DNA of 63,935 bases, the filler included, from Reticulomyxa filosa (lineage: Eukaryota; Protista; Foraminifera): the NCBI GenBank assembly GCA_000512085.1. It is 18 parts of 18 records of this genome, joined end to end, with 100 filler letters (N's around TTAATTAATTAA, not from the genome) between each part and the next. Parts side by side here need not be neighbours in the genome. Positions count along the whole stretch, not along the records: positions 53,773 to 55,042 come from ASPP01046848.1; positions 55,143 to 60,526 come from ASPP01027744.1; positions 60,627 to 62,806 come from ASPP01021654.1; positions 62,907 to 63,935 come from ASPP01013112.1; 14 more parts are not named here. One strand, given 5' to 3'. How positions within the stretch are numbered: the stretch's first letter is position 1; each line of letters begins with the position of its first letter. Of this stretch, positions 54,395 through 63,935 are shown one piece after another. The notes below the pieces were generated by a model. That model worked only from the letters and a program-made list of their open reading frames with translations, was not told where the DNA came from and made no database searches. The translations under genes and the position numbers were made by a program.

Positions 54395-54890
54395 CATGAC
54401 AAAGCAAAAAAAGTTTATTTCAGCATCCTTGACAGTGGAACCATTACACGCAAAAGAGGCTCTTAATGTCCTAAAATGTGGACTGATAGAGATACGCTTA
54501 ATTTACTCTGGAGAGGCACAAACAGCAGTAGATTTGCAGTGACTACTCGTACAAACATATAAAAGAGCGTTCTCCGTGAGCACTGTAAAGAACATTTTAA
54601 AATCCCAGTGTTTAAATGGTCGCATACGTATCAAAAAGCATCGGTTAACTAAGCGCCATAAAAAATTATGTTTATATTTCGCCAAAAAACAAAATCATGG
54701 ACCAAAAAAGTGAGTGGAGAAAAGTGATTTTTTCCGATGAAACGAAAATAAATCGTTTCGGAAGTGACGAAAAAGAATACATTTGGCGAAGATCTAATGA
54801 AATGATTTTCAATCGTACTACTAAGCCTACTTTGAAAGGTGGTGGAGGAAGCATAATGATTTGTGGATGCTGCCAAAATCACAGGAACTG
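54395..54890 (+). mobile_element. Truncated Tc1/mariner transposase remnant
   Basis: WRKVIFSDETKINRFGSD...IWRR...PTLKGGGGSIMICGC (first catalytic Asp region of Tc1-like transposases). Frameshifted upstream region; no terminal inverted repeats seen. Confidence 0.88.
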
Positions 54891-56262
54891 TTAACTCTGA
54901 ATTAATTCTTTTTTCATTGCAAACAATTATATAAAGCAAACACGTATAAATATCAAAAACTATAAAATTACATAAACCAAATTTAGAAAGAGAACGTAGT
55001 ATAAAAAACTGAAAATAAAATAAATATGAATATGTTCACTTANNNNNNNNNNNNNNNNNNNNNNNNNNNNNNNNNNNNNNNNNNNNTTAATTAATTAANN
55101 NNNNNNNNNNNNNNNNNNNNNNNNNNNNNNNNNNNNNNNNNNCGGATGTATCCATGCAGCTGAGGCTGGAGTGCCGATAGTTGAACCTGATTAACACAAT
55201 CACAAATACTCTACCAATGCAATGCCACAATCGAACAAACCACCTTTTGCAATCTTCAGTGAACCAGATTCTGGTATGTGATATTTTGCGATGGCATTGG
55301 AAGTGCAGGACTTGTAATTCAAGATCCAAGTATGCCAAAATGGTTGGAATCAATGGTATTACGATCAATATTGGTCTGAGATTGAAGCAATGAGACTTGC
55401 ATTGAAGTATATCGATTAGAGAGTACATTATTAAGGACAGTGTGGTCAAGAGTACCAGTTTAATGATTAAAGAATTCATAATCTAAAAAGGAAAAATTCC
55501 TATAAAAGAGTAGAGAAATTAATGAAAATGTAGTATACATAAGTATGGACAATGCCAAAAGTAGTATACGTAGCAATAGAAACGAAAATAATGTACACAT
55601 CCAGAAACGAAAAACATGGACGAAAAAAACTACGTTAAATATAGAAAATCCCAAAACTTCAAAAAAGTTCAAAACAAAAAGTTCAAAAGGAAAACACAAA
55701 GCTTAAAGAAAAATGAACTTCAACACCAATATTGCATATTCAGTAATAGAAGGAAAGAAAGGGAAATAATGAAAAGAAAAAACATAGCTCACATACTATT
55801 AGAACAAATTAACTCCAGTCTATGCGAAGTCAAAGAAAGAAATATAGAAATCCAAAAATTCTCCATACTAACCGACGAAAATTATAAGAAAATTAAAGAA
55901 TTAATTAAACTACAAAGATACTGCCAAAACATTGAAATCAACAAAATTATAATAAGATATGCCGGATGCAGCTGTCACAAATGCGAAACAAACAAAGAAA
56001 CATGCGTATTCAAGAAAACCAGAAAGATTCACAATAATCAGCTGAACTTTGAGAAACTCAAAGGACTGGGAAAAGAAAAAACTCTTTACTTTTTGTTTCA
56101 GTTTTTCTTACCTTTAGTGCGAATTAGCGTGGAGGGCAGATCGCTAAAATACGCAAATTTTACGTTTTTTACTAAAAGTATGCATAAAACAACTACTGCT
56201 AAGTGTAAAAGAAGTGTAAATGTGTGCTTGTTTAAACATTAAAACTAATCCCACTTAACGAG

Positions 56263-56318
56263 AATTATTGGAGCTTTGAGTCTATTAGAGACGAAAGCGC
56301 TACTCCAACGAAATAATT
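56263..56318 (+). ncRNA. Minimal type-I hammerhead-ribozyme-like motif with variant core, copy 1
   Basis: TTGGAG-CTTTGA-GTCT(ATTAG)AGAC-GAA-AGCGCT-A-CTCCAA: stem I, variant core, stem II, GAAA, palindromic stem III and a UA putative cleavage site. Confidence 0.6.
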
Positions 56319-58911
56319 TTCTAGTACAAGCAAAGATAGATAAATCAGAAATAAAAGGAGACCAGTCTATCAATAAAAGAATAAAAATAGAGTAGACGAA
56401 AAAATCCACTCCAGAAAATCCAGAGATATAGATAGGCAACAGAAATAATAAATACAGATCAAATAGATAAATTTATAACAGAAAAAGAAAGACAATGGCT
56501 GAAAGAACCATTGAGGCAAATTACAACATGAATGCAGATGATGAAGAAACAGAAGCATCAATTGACTTCAAGATCAATGGCAGAAACGCAATAGATAAAA
56601 GTACAGACCAAGAAATTAAAGAGGCATGCGAAAAATACTGGATAGAAAATGACAGGAATAGAAAAGAAGAATTCGAAGAAGAAGATTTAGAATACCTGAA
56701 CGCATTAAAAGAAACCAATATAATTCAAAATATGAAACACATAGATACACTTCAAGAATGGAAAAAGAAATAGGATAAACAAGAACACTAATAAAAGGAA
56801 TCACACAAATGACATGTATAAGATGCCCAGAAACAGTCAACCTGTGGCAATGGAAAAAAGAACTAGACAAATAATAGAAGAAAAAGAAATAAAAATAGAA
56901 ATGGGAATAAAGACAGATACATAGTATGGATCGGCAGAATTTACAAAGATGAATTATTCAAGTACTACATCAAATGCAGAAAAAGCACAGGACCAGAGAA
57001 CATCCCAGAAATCAGACTAAAAATTACAAGCAATGGAGACAAACAAGACAGAATTAATAAACAGAAAACATACTAATAACAAGAATGATAGAAAGTATGA
57101 TGAATAAAAAACAACTAATAACAGCAGAAATGATAAACTACTACATTAAATGGGAAGATGAGAACAACATACAAGAAGAATAGTATTAAAGGAAATCTGT
57201 GTTCCTGTTTGATAAAAGAGAGTTGCCAACAAACAGAACATGCGAAAATGCGGGAAAGCAATAAAAGAAGTAGTAATTGTAGATCATATTATTTATAAAT
57301 GTAGAAAGAAAAAAGATAATTTCAGCAGTAAAGAACTTATGCATAAATAGCTTAAATATCATAAATCAATTGCCTTACCAACAAACAAAAGAACCAGATG
57401 TATTCCAGATATAAGAACATTTCGATCGTAGACCTAACAGAAGAACTATCGCAAACCAGTATAAAAGAAGAAGTATGGGCTAATAACATAATAACACTAG
57501 GCAAAAATAACATCAAAAGAGCAAATATAATGCTATACGATGCCAGTATATTACTAGATGAAAAGAAGTAGGATATTGACAATCATAGCCAAAACAGAAA
57601 ATGGAATTGAAATTGGTCATATTAAAGAACTTAATAGGATCAACCTACACGTATTTGAGCAAGATATGTAAGAAAACACAGTGGACCAGAAGAATTAATT
57701 AAAGAATTTTTTGGTATCGATAATAAGAAGATGAACCCATGCAAAGCATGATGAAAGAAGCCAACAAGGAAGTACAAAAAATAGAATTTATGTTTCCAAA
57801 GATATCGGGATTGCCTATTCAAAATGAGCTACTTAGAAATGCTTAGTCAAAATGACGAAGAATTGAAAATGAAGAAATTAACACAATCAAGAAACAACTA
57901 CAAATCGAAGCAGAAATAAGGAAAATCACATAAGAAATAAGGAAAAAATAATGACTTTACATTGTACATCACACCCAAAACAGATATGGTACAAAGATAT
58001 GCAAACCCAGAACACCAGGTGCAAGGAAATGGAAAACACAAGCAATGTCCACAAATCAGATACAGATGGATCAGACTAACACCAAATAAAGAAAATACAA
58101 AATAGAAATAATAAATCTAATTAAAGAATTCATAAAATGCTGATATAACAAAAAAACAGTAGAAAGAACTTCCAATACATACAAATGGACACGGAGGAAT
58201 ACAGACTAAAAAAAGCACAAACAGAAGAAAGAAGAAAAGAATGGGAAACATTACCAAGAATAGCAACTTAACAGAAGAATATGAGAAATCAACGAAATAC
58301 TAAATACAAAAATCAAATGGACAAACAAAGGAATACCAAACATATACAGAATCATTAGAAGGAATAAACTCAGAAAGACAAATAACCGGAAACATGTAAA
58401 TTAATATACAAATAATCAAGAAACGAAAAACATGTACAAATAAAACTCAACAAATAAAAGAACGGAAAAAACAAAAGAAAACACGAAACAACAAACAACT
58501 AACACAAATAAATGGTTATAAAAAAAGAAAAGTTGAAATAAAACAAGGGAAACTCCAAGCTTAATAAGAATATAACAAACCAAGACAAGAAAATAATCAA
58601 AATCAACAATTGGGTCAACAAGAATAAAAGCAAATACTGGATTGCTAAAAGAAGAGTTGAAAATGGAATACGAGACAAGAACGAAAATATCGCTAACATG
58701 GATAAATCAAGCGAGAATATTCACAGAGAAATTCGAAAAGAAAGTTTCAAAACTCAGAAAACTCCAAGAGGTTCAAAGGGACCAAACAAAAAAATAACTC
58801 TTTAAATCAGTTTCTTAAAGTTTTTTACCTTTAATCTTAAGTGCGAAAACACGCAGGTTAGTTTTAATTATCCAAAAGTGCAATTAAAGGTTTAACATTA
58901 AACAAATAAAC

Positions 58912-58949
58912 TTGACAGCTTTGAGTCCAGAAGGACGAAAGTACTGCAA
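58912..58949 (+). ncRNA. Hammerhead-ribozyme-like motif, copy 2 (more degenerate)
   Basis: TTGACAG-CTTTGA-GTCC(AGAA)GGAC-GAAA-GTA-CTGCAA: same core as copy 1 with compensatory stem changes. Confidence 0.5.
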
Positions 58950-59130
58950 AAGAAACCTAATTACACAGAAACTTTCAAAACTAAAAAAATTTTTTCAACT
59001 AGTAAAAAATTTTTTTCTCAACTAGTAAAATTAGTTGACAACCGGTAAAGATAATGACAGAAGAAAATAAAAAAGATACACCAAATCTAAATGAACAAAC
59101 AAAGACCATACAAAGAAAAATGATTCCATG

Positions 59131-59290
59131 AATGAGGACCAATCCAATAAAAATGAATCCAGGAACGAAGACCAGTCAAACAAAAAAAAACGACTCCAAA
59201 AACGAAGACCAGTCTGACAAAAAAAACGACTTCAGAAATGAAGACCAGTCTACCAAAAAAAACGACTCCGGAAAAAATGACTTCAGAACA
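59131..59290 (+). repeat. Imperfect 33-37-bp coding tandem repeat (NEDQSxKKNDxR)
   Basis: GA(A/G)GACCA(A/G)TC units recur four times. Confidence 0.8.
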
Positions 59291-62200
59291 AATACAGAAC
59301 ACAGCTCAGGCGACAATATAAACAAAATAACCTTCGCAGAAAAAGCAACGAAACAAAAGATAGGTATGACAATGAAAATACAAGATACTGAATGGAATGA
59401 AGCATGGGAAATTAATGACAAAGAAAGTGACACACACAAGATCACAAGAATTACAAATATACAAGGAAAAGAACTCAGCATAAAATGGCTCAAGGAAACG
59501 CAAGGTCTAGAGCTTAAAGTTGAACATGACAAGAAAATAATCATATCAGTCAAGCAAGAACGGATTAAAGAAATAGCAATGCAATCATCACTGGAATCAC
59601 ATACAAAGTAATTATAATACAAGTAAAGAAGTTCCACAACGAAAGAATAAACATAGAAAGAATAATACAAGACAGAAAGTAATTAAAGTAATCAAAGAAA
59701 AAAATAACAATGATGAAATGGAAATTTGGTACATGATATCAGAAAACGAAATAAATACACTAATGGAAAGCAGGAAATATAATTATCAGGAACAACTAAA
59801 AATACGAACAAACAGCGTCAGATTAGTTCAAGCAAAGGAGAACCTGGAATTTCAAAAAAAGACTGGTTAAATGATATAAGAAAACAAAAGGAAACACAAA
59901 TACAAAATCAAAGAAGTCATAACAGGAAGAGCAAACTCTCAACATAAGACAACAAACAATGCAAAGACAAAGACTGGAACAAAATCTGATTAACAGCAAC
60001 ACAACTACACTACCAATAAGAAGCAATAGAAGAAGAAAAAGAAAAAAATGAAATAATCAATAAATACAAAGGAATACTATCACAAAACATAAATGAAATA
60101 AAAGAAAAATACAAAATTAACAGAGAAGCCAATGAACAAATAACCTCAAAGATGCAATAGAAACAATAATAAAAATAAAAAATATCAAACATGAAACAGA
60201 AATAACCGAAGAAGATGAATACATAATCAATGAACAATACTACAACAATAACGAAGAAAGTTCGGAAGAATACTTTATTAAAGAAAATAAATTAGAAGCA
60301 AATATGGAATCATTGGACATCAACGAATCAGACTTTAATAAGAAAGGAAAACTAAAAGTACAAATACTACAGGAGGACAACAGCAAATACAGACTATGCA
60401 CCAAATGTAAACACCTCAACTTCAAAGAAAAAGGAAACTATCTTGACAGAAACAAATGTGGCCAGTGTGATAATATACTAGAAAACCAAAAGAAATGGCT
60501 AAGCAGAATAGGACTAAGCAAAATATNNNNNNNNNNNNNNNNNNNNNNNNNNNNNNNNNNNNNNNNNNNNTTAATTAATTAANNNNNNNNNNNNNNNNNN
60601 NNNNNNNNNNNNNNNNNNNNNNNNNNAATAACAATTTGTGCAAGATCCTTAAAGCATTTTTCTTTTAAATAGATTTATTGAGAAAATAAAACTATGATCA
60701 TGTAACATTAATTTTATCGAATCCTTAAAATCAATTTGCTATATTTTGTGAAATAATTATCATGATTATAGAAAAGCAAAATTGAGGATACATAATGTTA
60801 AATTTAAAAAAATTAAAATTGAAAATAAACAATGAATAATACATTTGTTTGTTTGTTTGTATTAATCGTTGCAAAATAACTTTTTTCAACCTGACAGTAT
60901 CTGGAACACTTAAAAAAACTCTTCAGCCTACTAGTGTAGTGGTCTCCATAAAAATATCCAATTACCGCAATTCATAATACATTTATGTTTTTTGTATTAT
61001 GTAAATTACAAGATATATACGACTTGACTTTTATTTTCAGATATTTGTGGATAAGATTTAAAGCAATGATATTTTTATTAAACTCCAAAAACTAAAAAAA
61101 AAATATATTATAACTTTTTTTTTAAAAAATAAAACATAAAAGAAAATGATAAAGTATGATTCTTAAACGAATGCAAATGGAAAAAAATGAAATTAACTTT
61201 GTTATACTAGTTTTTTAATTTAACAAAAAAAAAGAGGCTATTAATGAATTATGTGTTTCTTTACGCTTGTATTCTTTGTCAGTTTCTATTTCAAAAAAAT
61301 ATTTAACGAGTATTATTGCATCAAATAAGTTGTGAAAAAAGAATTTGAAAATAATGATCTATATCTATAATTGTGAAAAATATATTGGTAATAAATGAAG
61401 AAGATATAATTTACTGTGGTTAATCAGCTGATAAATTCCACAATGACTTAACTATCGCACTTCATTTCACTTGGCTCTCGCATTTACTTTATTTTTTAAT
61501 TTTTTTTTTTGCGTTTATATCGCTTTTCCAAAATAAACCAAAAAAAAATTATTTTATTACTTTTTCATTATAGAAAAATAGTAAAAACTAAAGGACTACA
61601 TCAAGTGAATTTTTTATTAAAAAAAATTGAAGTCATTTCAACATTTTTGTCACTTACGAAAAAATGTCAAACATTGAGTTTTTGTATAAAAATAATGTGA
61701 AAAATGCTGACGATGTATCGAACAAACTTTTAGCAGGGACTTGACATTGAATAATTTGATGAAATATCGTGAAAAAGAAATTGAGTTTTGTTTTTGTTTG
61801 TTTTTAAAAAAAATTGCAATAAAAAAAAAGAGAATTTTGTCAAGAAGCAGAAATAAGTATACTAAGCAAAATTTCGCATTAAGAAAAATAAGTTGAAGTC
61901 AATGTCATATTTACTCAAATAACGAAAGATCAATGTCAACAAAGTTTCAATTGGACAGAATATCCGAAGAATATAAAAAATTTCAAGAAAACATGAAAAA
62001 ATTACAAAAAGAAAAGGGATCAGTTGAAGAAAAAGCTATCATGAAAAAAAAAGTGAATAAAATATTTGATGAAATTATTTTAAAAATAACACAAATAAAG
62101 AAAAGATCTTAAATGAACTAAATTTATTTACTGATCAAAAACTGAAAGAAGTTGATTGAATGATAGAAAAGTTAGCACAACAAGGATTGCAAATTAGTCA

Positions 62201-62459
62201 ATGGAATTTCAAATTCAAACAGTACTGGTATTGATACAAACGAAAAAAAAAATCGAATATTAGATTTGATCCAAGAAATATACATTCATTTGAGCCAGGA
62301 CGATTCGGCAGATGCTTTGGTTCAATCTGATTTTAATGTTGATATAAATTATGATTTAGCGTTTCAAGTTAATATGTTGTTTTTTTGAAAAATAAATACA
62401 ATAAAAGTTATTTTTGAATAGGCACTTTGTGAAAATATTCGATTTAAAAAAATATAAAA

Positions 62460-62700
62460 AGTGAAAGAAATCGTCAAGGAGACCTTCAAATGTGATGATT
62501 ATGGCTATAATTTATCTTCAAAATAAAACTTAACAAGACACAGACAATACTCTGGTTAATTGCTGTGTTTTACTTTTTGGTGATATGACCGACAAAAGAT
62601 CAAATAATACACAATATGATATAAACCATACGTTTGTGCTTATTGCAATAAATTTTACAGACAAAAAAAAAGATCTGAACAATCATTCTAAAGTTAAGGT
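62460..62700 (+). pseudogene. C2H2 zinc-finger remnants
   Basis: TFKCDDYGYNLSSK*NLTRH and KPYVCAYCNKFYRQKKDLNNH. The first has a stop and has lost a Cys. Confidence 0.5.
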
Positions 62701-62906
62701 TTTTTTTACAGTTGCTACAAAAAAAAATTAGCCACCCCTAAAATATGAACTTTTTGTGTTTCTAACAAAAATTTGAGCAGCAAATTGTGATGATTTTTTC
62801 TGGTTTNNNNNNNNNNNNNNNNNNNNNNNNNNNNNNNNNNNNNNNNNNNNTTAATTAATTAANNNNNNNNNNNNNNNNNNNNNNNNNNNNNNNNNNNNNN
62901 NNNNNN

Positions 62907-63317
62907 CTGGAAACCGGCTACTACCACCACACGGCCGGCGCTAAGGTCGGCACGCATGGCAGCGTCGTCGATGGACTGGATACGCGCTTTGGTGTGGGCG
63001 CTATCGGTGGTCACACGTACTTGCCAGCCGCAGTAGCTCTTGGCCGGTACGCCGATTTCGTTCAGGGCCATGGCCAGCAGGCCGATGGTGACCTGTTCGC
63101 CGGTGGACATGATCACGTCCAGTTCGCGCGGGTCCGGGTAATCCTGGATTTCCTTGGCCAGCGCGATCAGGCGGTTGGTTTCACCACTCATGGCCGAAAC
63201 CACAACCACCACGTCATGTCCCTGGGCTTTCCATTTGGCGACACGGCGGGCCACGTTCTTGATGCGCTCCGGGGAGCCCATCGAGGTACCGCCGTACTTT
63301 TGTACGATAAGTGCCAT
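62907..63317 (-). CDS. lysC: Bacterial aspartate kinase, 3' partial
   Basis: MALIVQKYGGTSMGSPERIKNVARRV, VVVVSAMSGETNRL, DPRELDV..STGEQVTIGLLAMAL, VVVAGFQ. The true start is 63317, not 63431. Confidence 0.96.
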
Positions 63318-63355
63318 GTTTGTTTTCTTGAATAGGGTTGGGATGTCGGACAATG

Positions 63356-63385
63356 ATTCTGTCCCGATAAGGGCCCTGCTGGCAA
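63356..63385 (-). promoter_or_regulatory. Possible sigma70-type promoter for lysC
   Basis: TTGCCA-N18-CAGAAT on the minus strand, ~40 bp upstream of the ATG. Pattern match only. Confidence 0.3.
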
Positions 63386-63574
63386 GGCACTTGCGCCGCA
63401 TTTCGATGCCTTTTTTGCGGCAAGGCAGCAAGCAGCAGCAGACTGTTCAATGGATACAAAATCCCATTGAAAAACCACGCCAACTGTATGCATGATTGAC
63501 AGCCCGATGCGGCCAACTAGCATGAAGGTAGACACTGCGGCAGCCGGTGCCCACGCCGGCAGACAGGACACACC

Positions 63575-63935
63575 ATGAAAAAGATCATCCTGATCGTCGA
63601 TGACTCCGCTTTGCTGCGCCAGATTTCCAGCGAGGCACTGACCGAAGCCGGCTACAAGGTAGTACAGGCGGCCAACGGCCAGGAAGGCCTGCAGCAACTG
63701 GATTTCATTACCCCGGCCCTGATCGTCAGCGACCTCAACATGCCGGTGATGAACGGTCTGGAATTCATCCGCACGCTACGCCAGCGCCCTGCCCTTAAAC
63801 AGCTGCCGGTGATCATGGTCACTACCGAGCTTAGCGACGCGCTGAAACAAGCCGGCCGCGATGCCGGCGCCACCGCCTGGCTGACCAAGCCGCTGCAGCC
63901 GCCGCTGCTGCTGAAAGCTATCCGCACCCTGCTGG
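63575..63935 (+). CDS. Bacterial CheY-like single-domain response regulator (stop just beyond the window; absent from the ORF track)
   Basis: MKKIILIVDDS...AANGQEGL...LIVSDLNMPVMNGLEF...LPVIMVTTE...AGATAWLTKP, preceded by an AGGA Shine-Dalgarno-like sequence. Confidence 0.93.
   Translation, partial: MKKIILIVDDSALLRQISSEALTEAGYKVVQAANGQEGLQQLDFITPALIVSDLNMPVMNGLEFIRTLRQRPALKQLPVIMVTTELSDALKQAGRDAGATAWLTKPLQPPLLLKAIRTLL

Larger units (their letters stand above)
55480..60526 (+). mobile_element. Degenerate A-rich retroelement-like region with several co-oriented ORF remnants
   Basis: Extreme A-over-T skew on the + strand. RT-like remnant NISIVDL...VWANNIITLG...ASILLDEKK (~57410-57570), zinc-knuckle-like CGKAIKEVVIVDHIIYKC (~57250-57305), further CxxC pairs, and two hammerhead-like motifs. 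Confidence 0.6.

Noticed and set aside
55143-55479. RT or RNase H motifs (NLRPI, IWFTED) on the minus strand
   Set aside because: The resemblance is too short and the spacing is inconsistent.
63318-63574. Lysine riboswitch upstream of lysC
   Set aside because: No recognisable L-box conserved sequence or terminator architecture in the leader.

Overview
This window is not contiguous DNA. It is 18 short contigs joined by 17 identical artificial 100-bp linkers (N44-TTAATTAATTAA-N44). Seventeen contigs are AT-rich eukaryotic DNA with short GT-AG introns. Their expanded kelch-like, WD40, NACHT and 7TM-RGS families and many pseudogenes resemble the foraminiferan Reticulomyxa filosa (my recollection, not a search result). 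Recognisable genes: Ubc6/UBE2J, a tandem GST-kappa/HCCA isomerase ending in SKL, two BEACH-family pieces, a KDM5-like demethylase, an FCP1/SCP-like phosphatase, cytoplasmic dynein heavy chain, a 7TM-RGS, Got1, a degenerate pyruvate-kinase-like gene, a kelch-like gene and a Tc1 remnant. The last contig (62907-63935) is GC-rich bacterial DNA with lysC and a CheY-like regulator. Three results stand out. (1) A six-exon gene reconstructed by hand fuses a RelA/SpoT-type nucleotidyltransferase domain to a SAM domain and a LamG/ConA-like domain (11084-13659). (2) Two covarying, variant hammerhead-ribozyme-like motifs punctuate an A-rich degenerate retroelement (56263-56318, 58912-58949). (3) A ~30-aa box is shared by the kelch-like and WD40 families.
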